Source of the DNA: Candidatus Latescibacterota bacterium
GTDB taxonomy: Bacteria; Latescibacterota; UBA2968; GCA-2709665
Direction: 5' to 3'
Assembly: GCA_963662665.2 (NCBI GenBank)
Contig: CAXXJS010000040.1
Location: 32,001 to 96,000, forward strand
DNA: 64,000 nucleotides
Shown here: positions 38,229 through 46,830 of the stretch, piece after piece
How positions within the stretch are numbered: position 1 is the stretch's first letter
How the letters are laid out: each line of letters opens with the position of its first letter
Program-made: the position numbers and the translations under genes
Notes under the pieces: model-generated
Databases searched by the model: none
What the model saw: only the letters and a program-made list of their open reading frames with translations
What the model was told of the DNA's origin: nothing

Positions 38229-39419
38229 TCAGAGCAGCCCCACGCCGCCCGGGTCCGCCGGGGCCTGCCCCGCAGCCCGATCCCGGTTCGGGCGAAAGTC
38301 GGGAACCCGCATCAACCGGCTCCCCTCCTGTATCGAGTCTATCGCCCGTACCGCCGCGGCAACCGTATCCATGGCCCGGTACACGTCAAATGCCAGCGGT
38401 TTCCCTTTGAGGACGGCGTCTCGAAAGTGCATATGCACGTAGGAGTCCGCGTCGCCGTGGCCGCTGCCGCGCGCCTCAGGCGGCGCATCCGTGCGTTCAT
38501 AGCGCCAATCCACCTCCGTCCAGTCGTTCATCTGTGAATCCGCAAACCAGACTTTCGGCAATTCGCGGCGCGAACGCCGCCACTCCAGGCTCCCCTTCGT
38601 GCCAATCATCTGCCACCAGTGGTGATCTCCATGCGGGCGCGGCTGTGTATGACCATCCAACATGCGAATCAACGTATCCTTTTCGGTCTTCATCAGCGCC
38701 ACCTGCACGTCCGGCTTTCCGATTTGCGGATGCGCGTAGCTGGGCCTTTTTGTGCTCATCGCCGTTACTTCCGCCACGCGGTCGTCCAGGATCTTCAACA
38801 GGATGCTCAGATCGTACGAGGCGGCTATGATGGGCGGGGTGTCGTGGGGAAACGTGGGCCTGGCCTCCGGATGGTCGGACAACTCCTCGATGGAATATTG
38901 TTTCCCCGTGCCGTAGTCCTGGAAAAACTGGTGTGTGCCGTAATACCCGACGTATTGACCCTCAGCGTAGGTGATTTTGCCCAGCCTGCCGTCGTCTACC
39001 AGGCGCTTCCATCCATCCACGAACCCCCAGAAACGCGTCTGCTCGGCGAGGCCGTAGACCAACCCCGTACGCTCCACGTTGGTTACGATGCGCCAGCACT
39101 CCTCCATCCTGAACGCGCCCGGCACCTCGCTGTTCACGTGCTTGCCCGCCTCCAGCGCCTCCGCCGCCATGCGTCCCACCTCACGCTGCCTCACCACAAG
39201 CCCCACCGCGTCCATTCCCCGGTACGCCAGGAATTCCTCATAGTTGCCGAACGCCGCCACGTCGTCCCGATAGGAAATCTCGGCAAGGGCTCGTTCCTGC
39301 AACGGTTCGATCCAGTCGTAGACCGCCGTAATCCGGTAACCTGGAATTTTCTGGAGCAGCCTTATCCAATGCAGCCCCCGGCCGCCCAGGCCCGCGATCC
39401 CAATGCGTATTTCTTCCAT
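38229..39419 (-). CDS. Gfo/Idh/MocA oxidoreductase, EVP-type, copy B
   Basis: Close paralog of 32777..33997 with long identical stretches such as GDHHWWQMIGTKGS. Confidence 0.88.
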   Translation of the reverse strand: MEEIRIGIAGLGGRGLHWIRLLQKIPGYRITAVYDWIEPLQERALAEISYRDDVAAFGNYEEFLAYRGMDAVGLVVRQREVGRMAAEALEAGKHVNSEVPGAFRMEECWRIVTNVERTGLVYGLAEQTRFWGFVDGWKRLVDDGRLGKITYAEGQYVGYYGTHQFFQDYGTGKQYSIEELSDHPEARPTFPHDTPPIIAASYDLSILLKILDDRVAEVTAMSTKRPSYAHPQIGKPDVQVALMKTEKDTLIRMLDGHTQPRPHGDHHWWQMIGTKGSLEWRRSRRELPKVWFADSQMNDWTEVDWRYERTDAPPEARGSGHGDADSYVHMHFRDAVLKGKPLAFDVYRAMDTVAAAVRAIDSIQEGSRLMRVPDFRPNRDRAAGQAPADPGGVGLL

Positions 39420-39449
39420 GTTCGCCCTTCCGGAACCCGTTTGCAAACT

Positions 39450-40160
39450 TCAATCGAGTTGAAAACGGATGTAGATAAACATGCGCACCTCAACAGCCTC
39501 CTGGTTCTGGTACCCGGGGAGATACCGGAAACCCGACAGGGCGTCCAGAGATGCTTTGTGAAACTGCTCGTGCCCTTTTTTTACCACGCCGTCTTTGACC
39601 CGGCCGTCCTTACCCACGGTAAACTCCATCAGGACGACACCTTCCAGTCCCGCACGCCGGGCCTCTTCAGGATACGCCGGATCCACCTGTTTGAGCAGTC
39701 TGGGTTTTCGTTCCACCAAACGCGACGGGTAGACCACTTCCCCGTCCACTTCCTCATCCCGAAACGGGGCCGGGACCAGGGAGTCCGAGGGCGCAGAAAG
39801 GCGTATCGATACCGCGTCGAAGTCGAGCTCGGCGGTTGCGGCAACCTTCATCTCTTCGGGCAGCAGGTCGCGACTATCGGTTTCGAGGGGCACCGGCGGC
39901 CGTACAAGAGGCGGGACCCTCATGCCCTGTCGGGTTTCCGGTACCTCTGTAACCTGGATCAGTATCGGATGTTTCACGGAGGCTGGCGTGCGGAGCCTGA
40001 AAGCCGGGAAAGTAAAGGCGACGGCCGCGTGAAGGGCGAGCGAAATCCCGACGCACAGGGGGAAGACCTTTCGATACTTCGCCTTCAAGTCCGCTTCGGG
40101 ACGCCTGGTGCGGATGACATTTCCGGTTATCCAGGGTCTGGGAGGCAGCTCCTGTGGCAT
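39450..40160 (-). CDS. tonB: Energy transducer TonB family protein
   Basis: TM helix with SLALH, Pro-rich linker and a C-terminal YPEEARRAGLEGVV..EFTV..DG domain. Confidence 0.85.
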   Translation of the reverse strand: MPQELPPRPWITGNVIRTRRPEADLKAKYRKVFPLCVGISLALHAAVAFTFPAFRLRTPASVKHPILIQVTEVPETRQGMRVPPLVRPPVPLETDSRDLLPEEMKVAATAELDFDAVSIRLSAPSDSLVPAPFRDEEVDGEVVYPSRLVERKPRLLKQVDPAYPEEARRAGLEGVVLMEFTVGKDGRVKDGVVKKGHEQFHKASLDALSGFRYLPGYQNQEAVEVRMFIYIRFQLD

Positions 40161-40240
40161 CGTACCCTCCACGCTGCCTGAACGGCCGGCGTACATGGGC
40201 TCATCGCGCGTTCAGGGTGCGCGCCGCGAATCAATGCCGA

Positions 40241-43012
40241 TTATCGGGGTGCTTTTCTCACCCAGAACAGCCCTTCCTTGGTCGCCTGATGACCACTGTT
40301 TACGTCCTTTACGGTCATGCGGACCCTGCGGCGCCCCGGGGCTGCCTCCCCGATGTCAAGCGCCACATAGTCTGAAACCGACGGCTCGGCGCCCGTTTGT
40401 TCGTACCTCACGGTAACCGCCGATTCCGACCGTCCCAGGACCCTCGTCTTCACGCGTGAAAGGCTGGCCCCGCTCTCGTCGGTGCTGTAAACCTCATAGG
40501 CCACCTCGTAGCGCGTGGCGCCAAAATCGTCCTGCGCGAGGTTGTAGATTTCGAAAAAGACGAATACGTGCTGGCCCGCGTTGAATACATGCGAAGGAAG
40601 CGGTGTGATGTTCCATTTTCCGCGGACGAACCGGGGGTCCGATCCGGGCATTGCCACCTCCACCCGCCGGGCAACGAACAGATCGCTCAGCTTCAGCCGT
40701 TCGCCTGAGTAGTCTTCCACGGACAGCTTTTGCGAATAAGCCTGGAGGCGATTCGTATTGTGGCGCTGAACCTGCACGGCCAGTTCGTATTCCCCCGGCA
40801 GAACATCCAGGAGGTCCACCCTGTCCAGTAACGCCCGGTCACGCCGCCGCCCCGAAACCGGCACGTCCAGATCCAGCTGTAAGGCCAACACCTTTTTGTA
40901 TCGGCCGTCCATGAGCGCCACCCGCCGATTGACCACTACGTCATTGTCCGTGTCCGTGGGAAGAGCGACGTTCTCAATGGGAATGCCCACGTTTACCTGG
41001 ACCTCGGTGCCATCGTTTTTCCCACGGAAAGTGACCACGTCGTAGCTGAAGTCGAGGGGCTCGAAAGCCGTCAGGCTGAATCGCTCCGGCTCCTCTCTGG
41101 ATACAGCAGCGATCCGTGTTGATGGTGCGAGTTCCGCGAGCCGCTGCATCAGGCGCACGTAGGCCATCTGACCCACGTGAGGGTCCTTATCGAGGTTCTT
41201 GAGATCCTGGCTGCTCACGCCCGGCACCGGCGCATAGTCGTATACACCTGAGTTCCGTTCATCCGTGAACGCGACTTCCAGACCCTTTCCCACGTCCGCG
41301 TACACCCAGACCTCCCAGGGTACCGACGCCCAGTTGTGCCCCGTCGTAACCGGCTTCCATCCGCTCAACCCGATGGCAAATTCAGGATCCAGATCGATGC
41401 CCGCCTGTATGGGAGAATCTTCGAGGTCCACCAGTTCCTGCGGCGCCGCAGCCGGATTGCCTCCAGCGCCCGGGTCGGCCTGATCGGGCGCAAACACCGC
41501 GAGGCCGAGTTCGTCGATTACGGCCGACTGCAAGTCGCGCCGGACGTCTTCGCTGGGTTCCAGAAAGGAACCCAGATCGGTACGAATGGGAAATACGGGC
41601 CCAACGAAGCTGATGCCCACGCCCTGGGCGCCATAGAGCTGGTAGGCCATATTGTCCTGAACGCGTTCAACGGCGGGAGGAACCTTCGGATTAGGCTGCA
41701 GCGAAGAGGACCGGTAGTCCGGCGCCCCGTACCGGATGTACACCTCTCCTCGCCGGTCCCAGGGCCACTTCAGCGTTCCGTACTTCGTTCGGGCATACCA
41801 GACCCGTCGATTGTGCTCCACCCGTCGCATCGCTCCCCGTGACGCCTTGAACGGGTCGTGGCGGAGCCAGAAGCGCTGCAGAAATGCCGTCCGCTTTTCG
41901 GGGGGTGTATTGCGATAGGCTTCGATTTCCCGGGGCAAGCCCACCAGCGACACATCCTGGTAAAGCGCCTGCTCTTCGGGATCGAGGCTTTCGATGTAGA
42001 TCTCGAACGCGCGCAGCGCGCCTTCGTAATTGCCCCTCGCCATCAACGCTTGCGCCAATAGCGGCAGCGCGAGGTCGTTGGTCATCAGGGAAGCAAGTGT
42101 TTCGACCTCTTTGAATTTTTCCTTCTCCAGCAACTCTCCGGCAAATGCCAGCGCCGCCGCCTGGTCCGCCGGCTTCAGTTCCAAGTATTTTTCGAAGTAA
42201 ACCATGGCGCCCTGCACGTTGCCCTCCTCCCGGTGGGCCTCGGCCAGCAACAGGTGGGCGGGCGCTATCCGGGCGTCGTATTGAAGCGCACGGTCCGCGG
42301 ACTGTCTCGCCCCCGGGCGCCCGGTTTCCTGATAGACGCGGGCAAGCAGATAGTGCGCCCGGGCATACGTGGAATCGGCACGCAGCGCGGCTTCCAGATG
42401 GGGCAAGGCGTCCGCCGCGTTACCTTCCAGTTCGAGGGCTACCCTGCCCAGACCGCAGTGCGCCGCGGCCAGTTCCGGGTCGAATTCCACCGCCCGTTCG
42501 AACGCGGTGCGCGCGCTGTCCGCCGCACCTGCTATCAGATGCGCCCGTCCGACCTGCTCGAGAGCCCGGGGCATATAGGTGTACGACCACGTATACGTGG
42601 AGTCGGCACGCAGCGCGGCTTCCAGATGGGGCAAGGCGCCCGCCGCGTCACCTTCCAGTTCGAGGGCTACCCTGCCCAGACCGCAGTGCGCCGTGGCCAG
42701 TTTCGGATCGAACCCCACGGCGCGTTCAAATGCCGACCGCGCTTCGCGAGCCATCCCCACCCGCAGATAGAGCATGCCGACCCGGTTCAGAACGAGTCCG
42801 GCGTGGTCCGGATGGTCGACAAGCGCCCGTTCCAACGCTTTCGCGGCCGCCACTACCGCCGGCACGTCACGGGCTTTCAGTCCCCTCGCGTACACGGCAT
42901 CCAGTTCAGACCAGGGCGTTCCGGCAGCCGGCGCGTTTGCCGGCCATTGCCCGGCGACAATCAGCGCGCCGCAAAGGAAAAGGCGCGCAAGCAGCCACCG
43001 CGGATCACCCAT
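40241..43012 (-). CDS. TPR + GWxTD domain-containing secreted protein
   Basis: N-terminal TPRs, FW..HDP, EHNRRVWYA, WDRRGEVYIRYGAPD, WEVWVY and LKLSDL motifs. Confidence 0.85.
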   Translation of the reverse strand: MGDPRWLLARLFLCGALIVAGQWPANAPAAGTPWSELDAVYARGLKARDVPAVVAAAKALERALVDHPDHAGLVLNRVGMLYLRVGMAREARSAFERAVGFDPKLATAHCGLGRVALELEGDAAGALPHLEAALRADSTYTWSYTYMPRALEQVGRAHLIAGAADSARTAFERAVEFDPELAAAHCGLGRVALELEGNAADALPHLEAALRADSTYARAHYLLARVYQETGRPGARQSADRALQYDARIAPAHLLLAEAHREEGNVQGAMVYFEKYLELKPADQAAALAFAGELLEKEKFKEVETLASLMTNDLALPLLAQALMARGNYEGALRAFEIYIESLDPEEQALYQDVSLVGLPREIEAYRNTPPEKRTAFLQRFWLRHDPFKASRGAMRRVEHNRRVWYARTKYGTLKWPWDRRGEVYIRYGAPDYRSSSLQPNPKVPPAVERVQDNMAYQLYGAQGVGISFVGPVFPIRTDLGSFLEPSEDVRRDLQSAVIDELGLAVFAPDQADPGAGGNPAAAPQELVDLEDSPIQAGIDLDPEFAIGLSGWKPVTTGHNWASVPWEVWVYADVGKGLEVAFTDERNSGVYDYAPVPGVSSQDLKNLDKDPHVGQMAYVRLMQRLAELAPSTRIAAVSREEPERFSLTAFEPLDFSYDVVTFRGKNDGTEVQVNVGIPIENVALPTDTDNDVVVNRRVALMDGRYKKVLALQLDLDVPVSGRRRDRALLDRVDLLDVLPGEYELAVQVQRHNTNRLQAYSQKLSVEDYSGERLKLSDLFVARRVEVAMPGSDPRFVRGKWNITPLPSHVFNAGQHVFVFFEIYNLAQDDFGATRYEVAYEVYSTDESGASLSRVKTRVLGRSESAVTVRYEQTGAEPSVSDYVALDIGEAAPGRRRVRMTVKDVNSGHQATKEGLFWVRKAPR
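42365..42733. repeat. Intragenic direct repeat (~140 bp, period 228 nt) encoding duplicated TPRs
   Basis: 42365-42505 and 42593-42733 are nearly identical, both encoding AHCGLGRVALELEG.AA.ALPHLEAALRADSTY. Confidence 0.85.
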
Positions 43013-43044
43013 ACGCCGTCATCTCCTCGGGAAACAGAACACTG

Positions 43045-43190
43045 GTGTCCTGTCCTAAAAATATCTCACCATTCGACCGCCGATTCATCCCGTCTCGCTA
43101 CGTTGGGCCGACCTGCCCAGGTCGGAGGTGCCTTGCGAGCCGGTCGACTCGACGGCCAAATTTAGGCAACTTATTTCTGGGACAGAACAC
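43045..43190. mobile_element. MITE-like non-autonomous element, copy 1 (146 bp)
   Basis: Imperfect TIRs GTGTCCTGTCCTAAAAATA / TATTTCTGGGACAGAACAC. Left ~60 bp nearly identical to 60479. Confidence 0.75.
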
Positions 43191-43255
43191 TAGGCGGCCC
43201 TGTCGCGTTAACCAAAGCCGCCTAGCGGTTTGACTCGAACTGCGCTTCCTTGCGA

Positions 43256-44230
43256 TCAGAACGACCCTGTCACGGAAAACCGCAGGGTCGCACCATTGTC
43301 GGGGAACTTGTCGAACTTCACGTAGGCAAAATCCGCCTGTACGTGATGAATGCCGCGCTGCAGCCGGACGCCTGCACCGGCAGTGACGTCCTGCACGTCG
43401 TAGCCCAGCTTGTAGCCGGCCCGAAGCGCGACGATGTTCCGCAGCCAGAGCTCCGCCCCCGCGTGCATCCGACGCTCGACGCTCACGCTGTAGAGCGCCT
43501 CGATCGCTCCAGTCAGGGAGACGTCGTCACCCCGCTCCCCGTAGACCTCCGCCGCGGTCGCCATACTGAAGAAAACAGGCATCTTCCCCTTGATGGCTTC
43601 GTCGGTCAGGAGCACCAGGTCCTTTCCGAAGTTGCGCAGCGACATGCCGATACGCAGACTTCGGTATCCGGTATGGTAGAAGGTACCGACCGCCAGGTCG
43701 AAGACGCGGTAGTCGTAGCCCCTGTCCAGTTTTTCCTCGATAACCCGCGCCTGGAACCCCACGGAGAAGCGCTCCGTAAACTGCCTGGCATAGACTCCGC
43801 CAACCGCCCAGCTTCCGGTGTCCAGGATCCGGCCCGTCCCCTCCGGACTGAATATGGTAGTTTCCTCGATATCGCCTGTGTCGAACGCCACCAGGCTGAC
43901 TGCCAGAGCGCCGTAGTCGGTATTGACGCCGATCGCCGCAGAGTTCAATTGGGAATCAAGGAGCCACCTGGTGTTTGTGAACGCAAACTGCAGCCGGTTG
44001 CGGGTCATGGCCGTGAGCCCGCCAGGATTCCAGAAAACGGAATTGATGTCGTCCGCCACGGCAACGTAAGCGTCTCCCATCCCTGCGGCGCGTGCGCTCT
44101 GGGATATTTCGAGGAAAGCCGCGTAGGTCTCGCCCACCGGGGTCTGGTTGGAAATTTCGGCCAACGCCGGGGCGCCGAGAACGAGGACGCCCACAAGCGC
44201 CGTAAAGCCGATCCGATAAATGCGCCTCAT
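43256..44230 (-). CDS. PorV/PorQ family outer-membrane beta-barrel
   Basis: AAFLEISQSARAAGMGDAYVAVADD..SVFWNPGGL signature, C-terminal Phe. Confidence 0.88.
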   Translation of the reverse strand: MRRIYRIGFTALVGVLVLGAPALAEISNQTPVGETYAAFLEISQSARAAGMGDAYVAVADDINSVFWNPGGLTAMTRNRLQFAFTNTRWLLDSQLNSAAIGVNTDYGALAVSLVAFDTGDIEETTIFSPEGTGRILDTGSWAVGGVYARQFTERFSVGFQARVIEEKLDRGYDYRVFDLAVGTFYHTGYRSLRIGMSLRNFGKDLVLLTDEAIKGKMPVFFSMATAAEVYGERGDDVSLTGAIEALYSVSVERRMHAGAELWLRNIVALRAGYKLGYDVQDVTAGAGVRLQRGIHHVQADFAYVKFDKFPDNGATLRFSVTGSF

Positions 44231-44240
44231 GGCGACCTCC

Positions 44241-46769
44241 TTAGCGAATGATGACCAGCTTTGCGCCCTTCACCTCGCCCTGGGATTCGGATAACAGGGA
44301 CTCGACGGTGACAAAATAGACGCCGAAGGTCAGCTGCGTGATATGCGTTCTGTTGAACTGGAAGAAGGCCGCCTCACCCTCTGTCTGCGAATCGTGGTCT
44401 ACCTCGCCCACCAGGTCGCCGGCCACGGAGAAGATCCGGATCTTGGCCTTTCTGGGCACGTTCAGGATGCGGATCTTGGTTGAGCCCTCGTACGTGTGCG
44501 GCGACTCGGGGATATAGGGGTTCGGCACAATGAGAATGTCCTTTTCCAGCCGGTCCGCAGTTGCGGTGGGTACCTGAACCGGGCTGTCTGGCGCCGACCC
44601 CGTAGGGGGCAGATAGTAGGTGGAAACGTCTCCGATGCCGGACTCGAAGGCCCGGACCCCGCCCTCCACGGTGGCGCCGGTAACCCGGCTGGCGAATCCG
44701 GTGTTGGCGCTACCCTGGTAGGAACGCACGGCATAATAGTACTGGAATCCCGCGAGCGACTCCGTGTCTTCGTACTGATATTCCGCCGAGCCGTTCGCCG
44801 GTACGTCCTGGATCATTTTCCAGATGCCGGGCTGGGTCTCGGACTGGTACACCCGGTAGCCCGCCACGTCTGACTGCCCGGTATCCGGGTTGATCGACTT
44901 CTCGGGGTCGCCCTTCCAGGTGATCAGATTGCGGGCATTCTCGGAGGACGTCACCGTCGCGTCCACGTCGGGGGGCTGATTGGGCAGGTCGTAACCCAGC
45001 GCGTAGGCCTCCCTGGCCTTTTGCAGGTGGTTGAGCAGGTTGGTGAACGCGGCCCCGTTCTCCTCCTTCTTGAGTTCGCTGGTGTCGCCCGACTTCTGGT
45101 AAGCCCGGAAATTCTCCGTAACCGGGGCGGCCGCAACGTAGGCGAATACGAATTTCACCTTCTGGCCGGGCGCCAGGTCGTAAGGGCCGTAGGTTTCCGC
45201 CGGGGTATAGGCGCCGGAGATTCCGTGCCGTCCCTCCCATTCCCACGAGGGGATCGGCATATACGGCATGGGGCCGACAGGGACCTCGGGAATCGGAAGC
45301 AACGGCACACCGAGGTTGGGGTTGCCGGACCCCCGGCTCGGGCGCTCCAGGAGCGGCTCGTTGAAGTAGGACGGGTCCGGCGTGCTGACGAGCATCTGGT
45401 ACAGCGTTTCGTGGTTCATCTCATTCGGGTTCGGTTCGTCCGTGAGGAACCCGATGGCGTCCGACGCGCTGGACGGATATCTATACAGAAAATGGAAGAA
45501 ATTGTACGCGAACGGCTGCTCCGGTACCTTCGGCGCCTCGTAGGTCTCAGGATCGCCCGCGAACCCGTCCGTCGGGTCCACGTCCAAGGGGGCCTTGCCG
45601 ATCCAGGCCGGCGAGGTGACGTCTCCAACGCCGGTCAGGCTGGGGAAGGTGCACTGAGCGCACCTGTGTTCGGAGCGGTACGGGTCTCCGATATCGTCGG
45701 ACAGCGGCCCTGTAAGGCAGAAGTTGTCCCAGTCGTACTGGTAGGTCAGCCGCAGGCCGCGGGCGGAGGCCGGACCGTCGTAATTCGGCGCCTCGGTATA
45801 CTTGATCTTGTCGTCCTGGGAATTGTCCAGGGGTCCGAAATTACTGCTGCAGCCGTCTCCCGTGCCGTAGTCGGAATAGTAGGCCCTGTAACTGGTACGG
45901 GAGACGCCCGCGGAAGACGTCATGAACCGGTGATGGAACGAAAAATAGACATTGCTGAGATTGTGGCCGCCGCCCGCAAGATCGGCCGCCCGGTCGCCGT
46001 CCGTATCGCCGGTGTTCTCGAATACCCACTCCGTGATCACGAAGTCGTCGTAGTCCGGGTGGTTCCAGGCAAAGGCCGCCTTCTCACCGGTGATGCCCAG
46101 CCCGGTGGTCCACTTGCTCAGAACGATGTCTTCCGGAAAGTTGTCCGCGGAAACGTCGTTGTACTGGCCGATGCGGTAGTTCAGAATCTCCCTGGGTTCC
46201 AGCGCGTCCAGTTCAACACCGGTGCCGGGCCACCAGTTGCCCATGGAACGCCCCGAATTGGGGCTGACCACGTCGTTGCCCAACCCGGCGTACTTGCCCT
46301 TGAAGTCCACGCCGGGATCCACCGCCATCGCCACCACGTCTTCGCTTTCCTCCATCGCCGAGATGAGCGGGTCGGCCCAACTCACCTTCGCCTCGCCGTT
46401 CAATTTCGTGGCGATCCACCATCCGTGCCCACGCCCGTTGTGCGACGTGAGATCCACGTGCATGCTGCCGGCGCTGCGCTGTTCCCCGTAGTAGGCCGAA
46501 AAGTCGTTCGTTCCGCCGCCGCCCCAGCTGATCAGCGCAAACCCCGGATAGGCCAGGTCCAGGTAAAGACCGGCATAGTTCCCTTCGACCGGCCGCGCGC
46601 CCTCCGCACCGGTGCTTAGAAAACTGTGCCAGAGGGTGCCGCGCGCAAGGTGCCGGGGCGTGAGCGACTCACCGGCCAGGTTGGAGACGGTCGCCCTCTG
46701 ACCCTCGGCCGGAATCCAGAACACGCCTGCGATCAATAGCGCGCCAATCAATATGAATATGCGTCTCAT
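44241..46769 (-). CDS. Large secreted protein with FN3-like domain and T9SS-type C-terminal sorting domain
   Basis: Signal peptide, FN3-like ITW...AGYRVYQ...YEDT...YYYAVRSY, and CTD IVPNPY...IRIFSVAGDLV...GVYFVTV...KLVIIR. Confidence 0.8.
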   Translation of the reverse strand: MRRIFILIGALLIAGVFWIPAEGQRATVSNLAGESLTPRHLARGTLWHSFLSTGAEGARPVEGNYAGLYLDLAYPGFALISWGGGGTNDFSAYYGEQRSAGSMHVDLTSHNGRGHGWWIATKLNGEAKVSWADPLISAMEESEDVVAMAVDPGVDFKGKYAGLGNDVVSPNSGRSMGNWWPGTGVELDALEPREILNYRIGQYNDVSADNFPEDIVLSKWTTGLGITGEKAAFAWNHPDYDDFVITEWVFENTGDTDGDRAADLAGGGHNLSNVYFSFHHRFMTSSAGVSRTSYRAYYSDYGTGDGCSSNFGPLDNSQDDKIKYTEAPNYDGPASARGLRLTYQYDWDNFCLTGPLSDDIGDPYRSEHRCAQCTFPSLTGVGDVTSPAWIGKAPLDVDPTDGFAGDPETYEAPKVPEQPFAYNFFHFLYRYPSSASDAIGFLTDEPNPNEMNHETLYQMLVSTPDPSYFNEPLLERPSRGSGNPNLGVPLLPIPEVPVGPMPYMPIPSWEWEGRHGISGAYTPAETYGPYDLAPGQKVKFVFAYVAAAPVTENFRAYQKSGDTSELKKEENGAAFTNLLNHLQKAREAYALGYDLPNQPPDVDATVTSSENARNLITWKGDPEKSINPDTGQSDVAGYRVYQSETQPGIWKMIQDVPANGSAEYQYEDTESLAGFQYYYAVRSYQGSANTGFASRVTGATVEGGVRAFESGIGDVSTYYLPPTGSAPDSPVQVPTATADRLEKDILIVPNPYIPESPHTYEGSTKIRILNVPRKAKIRIFSVAGDLVGEVDHDSQTEGEAAFFQFNRTHITQLTFGVYFVTVESLLSESQGEVKGAKLVIIR

Positions 46770-46830
46770 GAAATTTCTCCCTGCCTGTTTGTGCCGGGAC
46801 GGCCGGGCCGCCCCGGCATCGTATCTATTC

